A stretch of 64,000 bases of DNA from Trichoplax adhaerens (GCF_000150275.1 NW_002060944.1:313614-377613), one strand, 5' to 3'. Counted from the stretch's first letter, positions 36,184 through 50,420 are shown. Numbers and translations: made by a program. The notes: a model not told the origin generated them from the sequence alone.

Positions 36184-39100
36184 CTACAGAATATTTCACA
36201 GTACAATAGAGGGTAAATGCGTATACTACATTGCTATTGCCGTTGAAAACTTTTAAACTAGTCAAATTAGAGATTCAAATGAAATCCAGTAGATCCAAAA
36301 TAAGTCTGATTGCTCGTACAATTACTTGTAAAAATATTTTACTGCAAAAAATGGAGAAGTTGTCAGGACATATTTCATTTAGATTATCTGCCTAATTGAT
36401 AAACTAGAGTTGCTTTAATCAATTTAGCACAGTTCTTTACTCTGACAGTTTACTTTATAGTCTACGGTTCTGTAGAAATTTGATGTCTACTAATACACAA
36501 TAATAACAATAATAATAGTAACAATAGCTCTTCTAGTGGCAGTAAATTAGGAAGAATTAATAACTTAAACAATATAACTTATTTAATACATAGTATTTTC
36601 ATTCTGTAATTTGTAATCATTATAAATTTCTATCGTTTACATCCAGAAATTCTATAAAACAACTTTCGACAATTGACAATAATATGATTCTAATTTCATT
36701 TCACTCTATATAGATTCTTAATTTTATGTAGGATTGCAATAAATTACTACCGTATACAGTATTTTTTAGCTATTGACGCTTAAACGCTTAACGTGTTAAT
36801 AGTTGATGAAAAGCATTGAATCGATTAATTGACAATAGAATAAGTAAGTATCCAGCTTGAGTTCATGTAAGCTAATATAGGAATGATTATGGATATTTTT
36901 ATCAATTTATTTTAGGCAAAAGATAAAAGACAATAGGTAGTTATGTTATTTAGGAGTCATCTTGTACCGCTTAAATTAACGGATAGTTTTAGTTAGTTAA
37001 GCCAGTTTATTTACTGACAAGAATAGATAGAATGCTATTATAATGTTTTATATAGTGCTGATGTTATTATAATTGATCGATTTACAATAATATGGAAGAA
37101 AAATGAGTAGAAAAAACTTTCAGTTTTATGACGTCGCCGTTTGTTTATGTTAAATGAACAGCAATGCAATACAGCTCTTACACTGTAAGAATAAAAGAAC
37201 CAATGATTGGGAAATGATTGAGATTAGAGATAGTTTTTATTAAGGGATAATACTGTAACGCAATTCCGTTAGTAAAGCAGCCAATAAAATTAACGGTACC
37301 TGGAAAAAGAAAATGAATCGATTTTTTACAACTTACGTTTCAATGCAGATAGATGAATTGAAATAAACGCAATACAGGAGTAATAAATTCTGAACAAGTA
37401 GTACTAGAAAGGAGATTGCAATTACGAATGATTAAGTTGGAAAGAGAGGTGTGAAATTGAGCACACAAACTACAATATTATCGACGATTAAGTGGAAAAG
37501 CTCAAGGAGAGAATGAGGGTTGGTTATGATATATCAGGTAGATTACAATTATGTTCAAATATTAATCGTAAAGTTGTAAATTGAATAGAGGAAAAAATCT
37601 ACATAAATTAGGGAGATCACAATTATAAAAGATTAAATCGAATATTTAGAAGGAAAATGAAGGCTGAGCACGTAATAAAACTACCGTTATTGTTAAAATT
37701 TTATTTAGGACAATTTAAGTTGAGTCATTGCCTGATATATACATAAGTAATTTAGCTGATATCCATTCCTACAACTCCTGTTTATTAAATTAAATTCGTT
37801 CTTTTTTTAAATCAATCGACTCAATGCTATTATGATGCTAATAGTGTTGAATACTATAGGAATCTTTTACTTATAGTAGATATCGATATTTAACACTCTG
37901 CAACTGCTAAACAAATTAACGAATTCAAAATAATTGGTGTACAATTTATGTGAAAATACTAGGGCTGTATATAATCGTTACTAAGGAGATAAAGTGAGTA
38001 GCAGAGTTTAAATAATAATGCCTGCTTAATTTGATTGTATTTGAGCCTTGTTTACTTTAACGGAATGGTTATAAATAATTATTTAATAACTTCTTAGTAC
38101 TGTGTTGCTGATATTCTAATTTTGTGATCGCCTTTATATAGATTAGCTCTTCGGTGCATAAAATTTGTATGAAAAACATTAAAAACCTCTACAAAAATCT
38201 AATTAGTTCAAGTATCATGTTTTATTAAAATAATTTTTAGGCCATTTTAGCCTCAAAATATAAATAGCATCTTAAGCTATGATACAAATTATAATGATCG
38301 CAATTTAGTTACTAATCACCTTAACACCACTATTTCTATAGAATTTGTATCAATAATTGATAAAGAATGACAATCAAAAAGTTGCAATGCTAGCAGACGA
38401 GTGAACCTTATCCAATTTACAATATATTCAAAGGATGCCAAATGAAATTATAGCTAGGTAGTTGATAATATTTACTATTTTAGGCGTAATAGCTTTTAGC
38501 CTAAATTAACATTTATTGCACATACTAGTGAACTACTCGATCAAATAAATCCTATGAATCCCTAATTTACAATAATTAATATATAAGAGTGAGGTATGAT
38601 TCTAATTTCTTGTAGTACACATCTTTGTTTCTGTTAAAACTGAAAATAGGGATAATTTGCCTAATGTTTCAATTATTTCAATTCGAGATTCGTAGTAGCA
38701 TTACGATTAGATTTTATGGTCATAGCTATTAACCAAATAATGAGTTAGTTTGGAGCCCATAGGAAGACCGCATTAAAGTTATGGAAAACCGAAAAATGCA
38801 GAATGCTGTTGATTAATTATATTGAAAATATAATGACGGAGAACGATTGAAGGCTGCTGAGATAACGGTAATCAAGGTACTTTATTATTTGGCAATTTAT
38901 TGAATAGCTGTATTTAATTAAACCTGTTGATTATATTATTGATATGAATAGAAATCATCCTATTGCGATGTTAATATTATGCTAATTTCTACTCACTAAT
39001 AGATTTTATACGTAAGTAAGGATTTATGTAAGTTACAGTATTGATATAGAAGAGAACGTCCATCGAAAGTAATTTGGGCGCGCGATTACTTTTATTCGGT

Positions 39101-39374
39101 GGTAGATAACACCTATGCCATGATGCTTCTTTACAAATGCAATCCCACATTTCTAACTGATTGGTGTATGTCCGTAACCGAAAAGAACTTTAAAGTTTTG
39201 TTATAACGTAGAAGTTAGCCATCTCGAATGAAACTGGGTAATAGTTTCATTGGAAACGCAGTTTTTATTGAAAACTTTAATTAATCGTATGTTTTAAAGC
39301 AGTATTACGTCTAACTTTCAACACGTCATCGCCATCTTTTTCAATATACTGATAATAAGGGTGATCAATCTACT

Positions 39375-41534
39375 ATGCCTGCTATCTTGAATAGTATTAA
39401 AACTCTACACGAAGAAGGTAGGAGTTTTAAAAAAAAATACAAATATATACTCGCACTGGCTTTATACAAAGAAGCTATATCTGAAATAGAATCGATACCC
39501 AATGGCAGTGATGATCTTCTACAACTTGAATACGATATCTATCTGGACATGGCTTACAGTTATAAGGAGCAAAGTGAGTGGAGCAAAGCTGATGAATGCT
39601 GTCGTAAAGGAGAGGAGTTGGCTAAGAAACTGCAAAATGAAGTCAAAATTGCGAAATGTTTAGATATGCAAGGAGAAACTAAACGAATACAATATTATAT
39701 CAGTGGCGCTATGGATGATTTTAAGAAATCGCTTGAAATAAAACGGAGACTGTTAGGAAGCGACGATATTGAGGTCAGTAAGTCCTATAGTAACATTGGT
39801 ACTGTAAACAAAATGGCTGGCACGTATGCTGAGGCTTTAGATATGTATACGGAATCGCTGAAGATTCAAGTAAATATTCGAGGCGAGAATCATCCTGATG
39901 TTGCTAGCTTATATTGCAACATTGGAGATATCTACCGGAATCAAGGTAAATATAATGATGCTCTGCCTATGCTTAAAAAATCGATCGAGATTGGTTCAGC
40001 AACAGTAGGTGATAATCATCCTAACGTAGCTAAGTCATATCACACTATTGGACTAATTTATTGGAATCAAGGTCAATATAAGTGCGCTCTGTCAAAGTTA
40101 AATAAATCACTTAAGATTCTACGAGAAATATTTGGGGAAAATCATGTTGATGTTGCTACCTTATATAACGATATCGGACTTGTCTATGATGCTCAAGACA
40201 AGTATAATGAAGCTCTATCAAAGTTGAACTATTCTCTCAATATTCGATTAGCAAGTTTTAAAGACAATCACCCTGATATAGCAGAGTCCTATCACAACAT
40301 TGCAAGTGTCTACTATCATCTAGAAAAGTACGATGATGCCGTGTCAATGCATAACAAATCACTCAAGATTACACGAGCACAACTTGGTGACAACCATCCC
40401 TATGTTGCTGTGTCATATAACAACATTGCCCTTACCTATTGCAAACAAGGCAAGAGTGATGATGCTCTATCAATGTATAATAAAGCACTTAATATTGAAC
40501 TATCAACACTTGGTGACAAGCATCCAAGTATTGCTATAACATATAAAAACATTGGTGATGTCTATCGTCAACAAGCCAAGTATGATGAAGCTCTATCAAT
40601 GTATAACAAAGCACTCGAGATTGAACAAGTAGCACTTTATGAAAATCATCCAACTATTGCTGAAACATGTAGTAATATAGGACTTGTCTATAAGGATCAA
40701 GGCAAATATGATGAAGCTCTATCAATGCATAATAAATCACTCGATATCGGATTAGTAGCATTTGGTAACAATCATCCTAATATTGCAATGTCGTATTACA
40801 ACATTGGAGAAGTCTGCCATAATCAAGAAAAGTATGATGAAGCTCTGTCAATGTATGAGAAATCAATTGAGATTATAAAAGCAAAATTTGGCGACAATCA
40901 CTCTGATGTTGCCGAGATATATCACAAAATTGCGGCTGTCTATAAGAAGCAAGGCAAGTATGATGACAATCTTTTAATATTGAATAAATTACTCAGGATT
41001 AGGCGAAGAATGCTTGGTGACAATCATCTTGATGTTGCTACCTTATATAATAACATTGCTCTTGTACATCAGAGTCAAGGCAATTATGATAAAGCTCTAG
41101 CGATGCATAAAGAATCACTTGACATTCAACTAAAACAACTTGGTAAAAATCATCCAAATATCGCTGCAACATATAGCAATCTTGGACATATCCATAGTCG
41201 TCTAAGCGAGTATAATAGCGCTCTATCAATGTATAAAAAATTGCTCAATATCCAACAATCACAACCTTATGGCAATGATTCCGATATTGCTGAAACGAAT
41301 AACTACATTGGACTAGCCTGTAGTAAGCTAAAGATGTATGATGACGCTCTGTCAATGTTTAATAAGGCATTGGAGATCTACTCAGCCAGATTTGGTGAGA
41401 ATAATCCAACTGCTGCGGTATATTATGGTAACCGAGGAGATGTCTACAATGAGCAGGGTAATTATCGCCAAGCATGCATCTCCTACAAGAAATCGAACAG
41501 CATTTTGTGCAATCTCTATGTAGTTTATGATTAA
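39375..41534 (+). CDS. Single-exon tetratricopeptide-repeat protein (kinesin-light-chain / nephrocystin-3-type 42-aa TPRs), 719 aa
   Basis: About 15 repeats of consensus GxNHPxVAxSYxNIGxVYxxQGKYDEALSMYNKSLxI; intact ORF with ATG and stop. Confidence 0.95.
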   Translation: MPAILNSIKTLHEEGRSFKKKYKYILALALYKEAISEIESIPNGSDDLLQLEYDIYLDMAYSYKEQSEWSKADECCRKGEELAKKLQNEVKIAKCLDMQGETKRIQYYISGAMDDFKKSLEIKRRLLGSDDIEVSKSYSNIGTVNKMAGTYAEALDMYTESLKIQVNIRGENHPDVASLYCNIGDIYRNQGKYNDALPMLKKSIEIGSATVGDNHPNVAKSYHTIGLIYWNQGQYKCALSKLNKSLKILREIFGENHVDVATLYNDIGLVYDAQDKYNEALSKLNYSLNIRLASFKDNHPDIAESYHNIASVYYHLEKYDDAVSMHNKSLKITRAQLGDNHPYVAVSYNNIALTYCKQGKSDDALSMYNKALNIELSTLGDKHPSIAITYKNIGDVYRQQAKYDEALSMYNKALEIEQVALYENHPTIAETCSNIGLVYKDQGKYDEALSMHNKSLDIGLVAFGNNHPNIAMSYYNIGEVCHNQEKYDEALSMYEKSIEIIKAKFGDNHSDVAEIYHKIAAVYKKQGKYDDNLLILNKLLRIRRRMLGDNHLDVATLYNNIALVHQSQGNYDKALAMHKESLDIQLKQLGKNHPNIAATYSNLGHIHSRLSEYNSALSMYKKLLNIQQSQPYGNDSDIAETNNYIGLACSKLKMYDDALSMFNKALEIYSARFGENNPTAAVYYGNRGDVYNEQGNYRQACISYKKSNSILCNLYVVYD

Positions 41535-44500
41535 AACAGGATGCCATACCTGCATCATTGATCATCCTGATATAGTCAGAGTTTAATATCATCGCGGTTT
41601 TCCCCTATTTATCTGTAATGTAACTTAGTATTGTGATTGTAGACTGTTAGCCATGTGTAGTATAATGTACGGTAGATATTTATCCTAAGAGATATTTGGT
41701 AGCTGTAACTATAGACTGTAGTGGTAGAGACTCTATGCTAGCGTACAGATGACTATATACAGTAAGCTGTTGAGTTACTAATATGGCTATAGGTAAAAAT
41801 AGAACTGTAAATCATATATTAGGATATGGTTAATTCGTTGTACTTTGGCTGGTGTGAATAATGTCTACGTAAGTACTGTAGTCGTATGCATATTGGATTA
41901 ATGATGGTCCGCAGTAGAATAGTCTTACTAAGAATAATTTAACTATGTATAAAATAAGGTAAAAGGTTGCCATGCGGATTGTAGCTGCGAATGCTACGGA
42001 AAGTATAAAAGCATGCAACTTTAGATTATTCTGTTAGTTCGTTCTAGAAGTCTTTAGTAGTAGTATTCGGCTAGAGTAGAGCTGTGTAGTTAATCTTTGT
42101 ATAAGATTCAATAAAAGCCCTTATTTTTCTAAAATTAGGAATTTCGTGATTGGTATATATCACATTATCACATTGAATAATTTTCAGCTTATATCTGTAC
42201 CATTCCGATGCAAAGTTTTCAGTGTATATTCAAGCTAATATAGATGCTTAGCGATACTAATAAAGTAATGTAATGACGCTGTATTATTGTATAATTTATA
42301 ATACTGTTGTCATCATTATAGAGATAGTAATAATTATTACAAATATTGTCATTACGTAAGTACAAAGGATGTTCTAGTTTAAGTTTCGTAAGAAACTAAA
42401 GTAATCGGATAATTTTATTCTTACACTGGGTCCAGAATTTAATAGATGTTGTTCAGTAATTCCTGTTTATGATCTTCGGGTTATAAACATGCTAAGGATA
42501 TAAGTAGTTAAGGTAACGCAATAGTGCTGTCTTGTTTCATACGTGAGATTATAGTCTGCAGTTGAAGACTTTTCCTAACGAGAATCCCGTAGTAAACTGT
42601 TTTACTCCAAATCACTTGGGATTAGAATTATTGGAAAATTAGAAAGGACAGATTTATTACAAGTAGTGGTCTATTAATCTCTATATATTGAAGATTCCCA
42701 CTCACTACCACTCTGATACAAGCATTTTTTATGCCACAAGTTCTCCTAAAGCTATTTACAGTTAATTAATATTCTTGTAACCTGAGAATCATGTTTCTGT
42801 ATATTCCACTTATAACTAATAGTTTAAGCGAAAAATATTGTAAAATGATTTAGTTTCAAGTGATAGTTACAAACTCTCTACGATATGCTGCATAAAATAT
42901 TGCTCTGAGCGTATGGCAATATGTGATATAATGATAATGCTATAAATTTGTCTGATAATTGAATTTCAATCGTTAGAACTATAAATGCAATAACTCAGAC
43001 ATTGCTGTTGCATAGCATAACTTTAGATTCATAAATTGTTATTTAAGATAATTCTCTACCTATGTCCATAGGTCTTCAAGTACTTGACTGTAATTAATTA
43101 TTAAGAATACTTGCAATATTACATAAGCTTTAATGATGTATTGGTAAATATGCACTGAAATAATCTGACTTGTCTAGAAACGATTAAGAAATAAAACAAC
43201 ATAGTACTGCATCAATTTCCTATACATTTGAAAAAGCATAAGAAAAAGTTTTGATCAAAAATTGGGAAAATGTCTACTACTATGCAATTAGGCTTTACAT
43301 GGATGTAAAATTAATAACATACGTTTTATAGATTCATGATTGTTCATAACTAAAAAGTAGAGCTGAGTAGCCGATTGGTTGAGTAATACTGAATTGCGTG
43401 AATTAAGTTAAAAAAGCTGCAGTAGAGTAGAAAATTCATTTTGATCACTAAGTTTTTTGCAGGATAAAAGATAAAGTAGCACCGATACATACTGTATGTA
43501 TAAAGACTAATATTAGAAGAGTAGTTCTACCTAATATTAGTGGCACTACCTCGGTTATGACAGTAAATAAGAGAACACTTTGCATATAAAATAATTAGAG
43601 TGAGTAACAACTTTCAGATGCGTAGTACGCTATCGAATTTTATAATGACAACTGTACGCAGCTCGCAAAAAGTTTCCTGACAGTAAATTACTGTTGACTA
43701 TTGTAGCTATTGTCAAGTATTACGATACTTCCAATACTATTTTTAGTGTCGATTTATTGTACATCTTGGCTGTTCGAGGTTTTTGAAACGCCAAAAAACT
43801 TAGCTTACTAGTCTAGTTTGCTCTTTTCAATCGGCGCAACAACTGAGGTAGTTATTAAGGATCGATATAGGAGTATTTATTTGACGTTTGTGTTGCAATA
43901 GTAGTTATAACAAATGCTGATAAGATAGCCATGTTAAGGGGTATACAATCTTATCGATTAGATAGTCTCACTAATTGAAAGAAGCTTCAAACTATTAAGA
44001 TAAAATATAATGTAATAAGCTTAGGTGATACTGCATAGAAATTCTATCGATAATTAATATATTCAACGATTTAGATTGCAATTGACTTTGAGGAACGGGC
44101 TTTACTCGGTCATGCTTCATCTCTTCATTTTTAATTACAGAACGAAGAAGATAAGTAGACTGTCCACAGATTCCATTATCCTGAAGAAAATGAAACCTAT
44201 ACATAAGCTAGATCGAAAATGTAAAAGAAACAGCAAATATGCTGTAAAATGCTAATTATTTCTCGTAATGGAGCCGCAACTGAAATGAAATAGATACTTA
44301 AAATAGCAATAAATCTTCGTCAGTTTTAGTATTATACTCATCTAGAGAATACCATCATGATATAAGCCTATTCTGCGGTGTTTGCAAGAGTTTAGTAGGA
44401 GTGCTGACGTAGGTTTACTATAACTGTAGTTTTAAAACTTCTACGCTCTCACTTCATGGTGAATTTGAATCATATTGCTATTGTACTTGTCTACATCTAT

Positions 44501-44884
44501 TTGCTTGAATTATCAATCGAGTTTCAATAATGCAGTTAAATCTGGTCGAATGTACAGATTGATTTTATTATGCATGACAATTAAACGGGAAAATAGTCCG
44601 CTACATATAAAGTTAAGAGATAATAGTTATTGACGTTCTGTTTAATGTAGTAGAAAATTTTTTTAATACCATCAATAATTAGTTTTAACTTTTAACCTAC
44701 GGTTATTACTCAGCTATCCTATTGTTTTAGTTACATCTGTAAATCCCTTACTTAAATGATTATGATTATTAAGAAATGCATCACTACGTATTTCTGCTCT
44801 CATTCGGTCTTAGCATATGACTATATTCTATTCTATCAGAGCCAAAGAACAGGATGAATTTTGAATTTAGGTATACAATCCAGA

Positions 44885-46677
44885 TTAGACCCTGTAGTGA
44901 AAAAGAAATTAAGTATTGAACTATTGCTCGTAAATATAATGTAAAATATTTTACAAGAATTACTTACTTTTCTTCCTTGACTCCATCTTTCCATACTAAG
45001 CCGATTGCGGTTTTGCCGTCTTCCTTAACCAAAACATGTAAGGCTTCAGCATCCATACTTTCTACCATGAAAAATTTCCAATCGCTGAATGTCTTAATAA
45101 TTTCAGCCATCTTTACATTTACTTTTTTTTTGAAAATTTCAACTCGATCGGGATTATGATCCTTTATATTCGTCACTATTTTGGCTATGTAATCTAAGAA
45201 TTATATTTCAAATTTTAAGGATTGTTGCCGATATTAATGATTACAACTTATAATAAAATTAACTTACAAATAATTATCTTAGTTAAATGGTATTTTATAA
45301 AAAGATTTTATTACAACGTTTTAAGAATAGTAGAGCAATAATAATTACTACAAGAATCTAGTCTAAAATCTAAAGTATTCCGAGCTCTAAAGTGAGGTGA
45401 AGTCTCTAATAATTATTGTGAGCTGATCGCCGCAGTTTTTAAATACATTTCATTAAATCTATTTATTTCAATATACAATCAGAATTGAGTCATCAAACAG
45501 AATACGGTACTATTCCTTAAACAGAATATCATTATCTTCAACTATCCGAATCATTCTACTTAGGATATAATTACTCTTCTGTTAATGTTCAGCACCTTTC
45601 GATGTTGGGCATCTTTGCAATTACTATACAGTGTTTTTAGTCACATAAATTTTGTACCGATATTAGTCAACTGATTAATATTAGTCATCGGCAATTTCTG
45701 ATATAGTAGTTAGCAAGCATCTTATATTAGAGTCACGATAATAGCTGTTCTTAGAAATCTACCGACATTAGATATAGCTATAAACATAATCAAATACAGC
45801 TATCTTTATAATCAAATATGGGATGTATCACTAAATAACTATAGCACCTTTCCACTCAATTAAAATAAAGTAATTTATCACGGTAGAGCATTAACAATTA
45901 GCCAAGACAGCAAACTCTTTATAAAATATATGCACACTATGCAAATAAATCAATTTCTTTGTACTATATCACGATTTCTGATAAATAAAAATATGATTAG
46001 ACTGCTGTCGATCAATTCTCAAGTAAATCGCAAAGAAAACGCGCGAAAGCAAAAATGTATCTGACATCAAGTTCAGCATGCGATTTTATTTTTATTCATA
46101 GCACTTCATCTAAAGTATCGCCGGCAATCGATATTTGTCTTAACCTTTTATGTACTTTTTAAAATCTTTTACACTGGAAAAGCCCGTTTCTACAAGTCTG
46201 TTTTGGAGTACGAAATCGATTCCAGTAACGGCAGCTCCAGCTGACTCTACTTTGCCAGCGCTGCTATTCCCAATAGCTGCGTCATCAATTTCTCCTGCTT
46301 CTTCTGTAATAACCTATAAGATGCATACTCCGCAAAGTTACTATTTAAACACGAAATTAGATCATGCATCTCTTCTATATCTCTAAAATACTGACCTACG
46401 AAATGCTTTATAAAACAGATTCATTTTCTATCTAGAAACGATTTACTGTCGTGTATGAGCATTATGATCTTCGTATTTAATTCGAGTAGCGTACTATACC
46501 TTGCCTTTCAATTCATAATACAAGTCGTCCACTAAAGTGTACAGGTTACGATCAGTAAAAATCGTGTTATCTAGAAGAAGAATTAAACCATGCTTTCTTT
46601 AGTAGCTGAATAAATTTAAAACATTCATCTCTATTTTTACTCGACAATGTCTTTTTTTGGCCATACAGTAACTTCAA
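44885..46677 (-). CDS. TPT1: Translationally controlled tumour protein (TCTP)-like, divergent; exon 1 / start codon unresolved
   Basis: Exons 46570-46500 (NTIFTDRNLYTLVDDLYYELKGK), 46313-46145 (VITEEAGEIDDAAIGNSSAGKVESAGAAVTGIDFVLQNRLVETGFSSVKDFKKYIK), 45193-44968 (DYIAKIVTNIKDHNPDRVEIFKKK..FSDWKFFMVESMDAEALHVLVKEDGKTAIGLVWKDGVKEE) and a 7-nt last exon 44891-44885 (K/V/stop). Phases are consistent. Confidence 0.85.
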
Positions 46678-47439
46678 TGCTATAATCGATAGTTCAGTAC
46701 AGACAATACGTATACTACATCACTGTTACCATTAAAACTATTAAATAAGTAAAATTACAAAATCAAATAGCATTCAATAGATCTGAAAAAACGGCCAATT
46801 ACTAGCTTTAGTTTAAAAAATGCATTTTTAACACAAAAAGAAATAGAAGCAGCATAAACACATTTCTTCTTAAATTATCTGATTCATTGATGCAATTTGA
46901 GTCATAGCCTTAAACCATTTTTATTTATAATAATTTTAATAAAGTGTTAAATCCTAACAGTATACGTTCAGTTTGTACTCTATGTAGATGATTTCTGTTG
47001 AATAGATGATCCCATTTTTTAGGCGAAAGAATACTGTATACAAACAAATATCTCATTGATTTATTTCATCAGCGCCAATATGCTGTATGACAGGGTATTA
47101 TTAAAATAAATATCTTCCCAATTGAATTAAATACTCGTATATATAGCACTCAAAGCAGTAATAAATGCTAACACTCTGCACTGATTGTAAAGTCTAGAGC
47201 GTTTCTGATTTCGTAGAATAGTTATAAAGTACAACCGTAAGAATATTAGTCATCCATTAAAGCACACAATCATCAATTGATTGTACCCGCAAAATATAAC
47301 TTATCTACTGTAGATCATAAGCATACGCTAAAGTAGGCAGTATGACAGCAAACATTTTTACAAGTTAATTTCTCCAACTATGCGTAAGAACACAGAAAAA
47401 CTCACTGATGCAATAAAGCATATTACATTATCCGTAACA

Positions 47440-48035
47440 TTTCTAATTTAATGGGAAGAATAGTAGAATTTTGCTTCATGAGTTAATGTAATGAATTCAT
47501 TACATTGATCATTTATTACTAATCTAATTTTAAATGCTATAGGTTTTATTATCCTAAACAAAATTACGGTTGATGCAAAAATAAGTTAAGGCGATTAATG
47601 GCACGCCCAACTTGATCTACTCGCAAGGTATGCTTCGCTGTCATTATTATCTCTCATTTTATGAAGAGAATAGTAAAATTTGGCTACGCAAGTTTATTTA
47701 ATGTGTTAACACGAATTAATTATTATTAGTCTAAATTAAAATGCAAAAGTCTCTACCATCCAAGATGAAATTGTCCCTTAATACGAGAAATATCTAAAGA
47801 CCTATATACGCCCAACTTGATCTACCTGCAAGGTGTGCCTTGCTCTCTTTAACATCTCTGATTTTATGACAAGAACTGTAGAAATTTTACTACAGAAATT
47901 TCTTGAATGACCTTCTCATTAGTCTAATTTAAAAAAATTCGCATAAAATCCGATACGCTTCACTTTCCTAGTATGAAATTGTTGTTTGATGGGAAAAAGT
48001 TAAACGTGATAACGTGCAAAACTTGATTAACTCTT
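47440..48035. repeat. Degenerate ~205-bp tandem repeat x3
   Basis: acgcccaacttgatctac..gcaaggt at ~47602 and ~47808, a third degenerate aaaacttgattaac at ~48018, and recurring at(g)..aagaa.(a/t)gtagaa..tt blocks. Confidence 0.75.
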
Positions 48036-48399
48036 ACTCTTGTTTGTAGTTTAAGTTATTACGGATAAACTAAACAATTGTCTAATTCAGTAATTAATCA
48101 TTATCTCTGCAACAGTATACAGTCATGTACTATCACGATCTGGTCTACATGAGAACTTACCACTTACGATATCTTTAAAGATGATCATCGTTAATGGAAG
48201 GATTGAGAAGACTTTGATTCGAAATCGCGGGTAAAATCGACGCTGTCGCGTGGAAAGAATTTCTGAAAATTAAACTTTACAGAGGTATACATGCGTTAAA
48301 AAGACTATGGTAAATGATGACAATTGCAATTAGTAACCATAAAAGTAAACATGGTGAACCCTGATGTTTGGAAAAACTATCGAAATCACATACAATAAA

Positions 48400-50420
48400 A
48401 TCTCTCAAGGGATAGATTTGTACAATACACATCATGAAGCTAAAAGTCTAAAATCTTATTGCCTCTGGCCGATAGCCTTAAGTACGTGATTTGCTATTCA
48501 CGAAATTAAATTTCAATTGAGTCAAGTAATTAAACATATTAGTATACAATGGTGAGTATAGAAGTGACTATGTAACAATAATTAAAGAGCAGCTAGTTGG
48601 CTTACTGAGTTAGTCAGTCAGTGAATCGGCAGACTACTGAGCGAATTGCTCAAAAAGTAAGTTTTTACTAGAGCAGTAATCTGTGAAATATTAAAAAGCC
48701 TACATTCTGTAACTCGTTCGAGTATTTATAAAAGAACTTGTCGGAGTTTCATAGCTCTAGGCTAATTTTCGATATACCAAGCAAGATTAGAGTAAACATC
48801 GACAGCTAATTATAAAATGTAACCATAGTAAAATGCAATACATAAGAAAATAATTCAAGTTACAAATGATAAACGCTCTCAGCGGGTAGATTTGTACAAT
48901 TCTGTTATTTCTAAAGAGTAATAAGCTCTCGATCTCAATGAATCGGCCTAGCCACGGCCAGATTTATTGTTTAGCAGTAATTACTCCATCCTAAAGTAAT
49001 GCCACACAAAACGTACTAGTGCGTCGAGGGTTCCTTGAATACAATTGAATTAACAGAAATATATAACCACTTCTATAAATCAGGTACAATATAGTTTTAC
49101 ATTCATTTAAAATTACACCCAGTCAAACAGATAAGAACCAGTTGTCCAATCAAAATATGACAATTCATGAAAATGTAACAAACAAGATTTCTTCAAGCCC
49201 TAGCCTTTTTCTTTAAATTGCTGTTACTTATTATGATTTAAGATTTTCAAGTAACTGTTATAAATCAACAATAGCAAAGCCAATCATTTTATCTAGGATA
49301 AGTATTAGATGTTACGATGTGCTATTAACAAGCGATGTTATATATTCTCATAATTAATTTATACAGCAGACATAACGTAAACAGCTTAGCTAAGATGCAG
49401 TATAATAATCCATTTTGCAAGCATATAAAAATACTGTAAAAAGCAATTAGCAGTATGTTATAGTCGTCACAATTATACATCAAATGTTAAGAGTCTAAAA
49501 TCTTATTGCTCTGGCTAGTAGCCTTAAATACGTGAATTGCGGTTCACACAATGAATAAAAGTTCAGTTGAGTCAACTAATTGAACACATCGGTACGCAAT
49601 GTTATCTAAGCAAAGAAGCGACTAACTAACAACAGTAAGGAAGCAGTTAGTTAGCTTACTGAGTTAGTCAGTTAGTGAATTGTTTGCCTACGATACTGAA
49701 CAAATTGTTTAGAAAGTAAGTTTTACCAGTATAGGAATCTGTGAAATAAAAGTAATATATTTTATATCGCGTTTGAGTATTTATCGGAGAAATAACCGAA
49801 GTGTCGTTGCTCTTGGTCTATTTTCCGATATACAAAGCAAGATTTTACAGAATAATGACAATTAATCGTAAACCTAAAAGAGTAAAACCCATGCATAGAA
49901 AATATTTTTGTAATTATATACAATAAAGACTCAGCGGGTAGACTTGCACAAAATACATCCTGAAGTTATTGCCTTAGGCTTATAGCCTCAAATGCTGTTA
50001 CGTTTCTAGTAACATAGGATAGTACACCTGGGTCTAAGGATAAATTATACTTTATTTAATCAGCCTTGGCATGCTAACACTTATGTTAACCGAAAATCCC
50101 CCGCAACTCAGCGTTACCGCTGTATTTATACCTTTACCTAGGCGCGTACAATGTATCACAATAGCTGATACCGAGGTACATCTGTACCGTACACTACAAC
50201 ATTTCAGTTTTGCTAATGCTACTGTACCTGTACGTAACAAATGCGCAAATCGCAGTTCATGAAATAAGTAAAAGTGCAATTGAGTCAACTAATTAAATAT
50301 CAGTATGCAATAATAACCAAAAAAAGAAGCGACTAACTAACAACAGTAAGGAAGCAGTTAGTTAGCTTAGTGAGTTTGTCAGAAAGAGAATTAGTTGACT
50401 ACGGTACTGAGCAAATTGTT
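48400..50420. repeat. Degenerate ~480-bp repeat, about 3 copies (~48405, ~49475, ~49930)
   Basis: Shared blocks ttgagtcaa(g/c)taatt, agcag(c/t)tagtt(g/a)gctta(c/g)tgagtt, ttttc.gatatac.aagcaagatt and ctcagcgggtaga.ttg.aca. Confidence 0.85.
49996..50239 (-). mobile_element. Solo LTR (244 bp) with 5-bp target-site duplication
   Basis: Begins TGTTACG and ends CGTAACA (7-bp inverted repeat, TG..CA). Flanked by AATGC at 49991-49995 and 50240-50244. Absent from the sister repeat copies. TATAAATA followed by AATAAA on the minus strand. Confidence 0.85.

Noticed and set aside
40333-41592. Small overlapping ORFs within the TPR gene
   Set aside because: Alternative-frame or antisense shadows of the TPR coding sequence.
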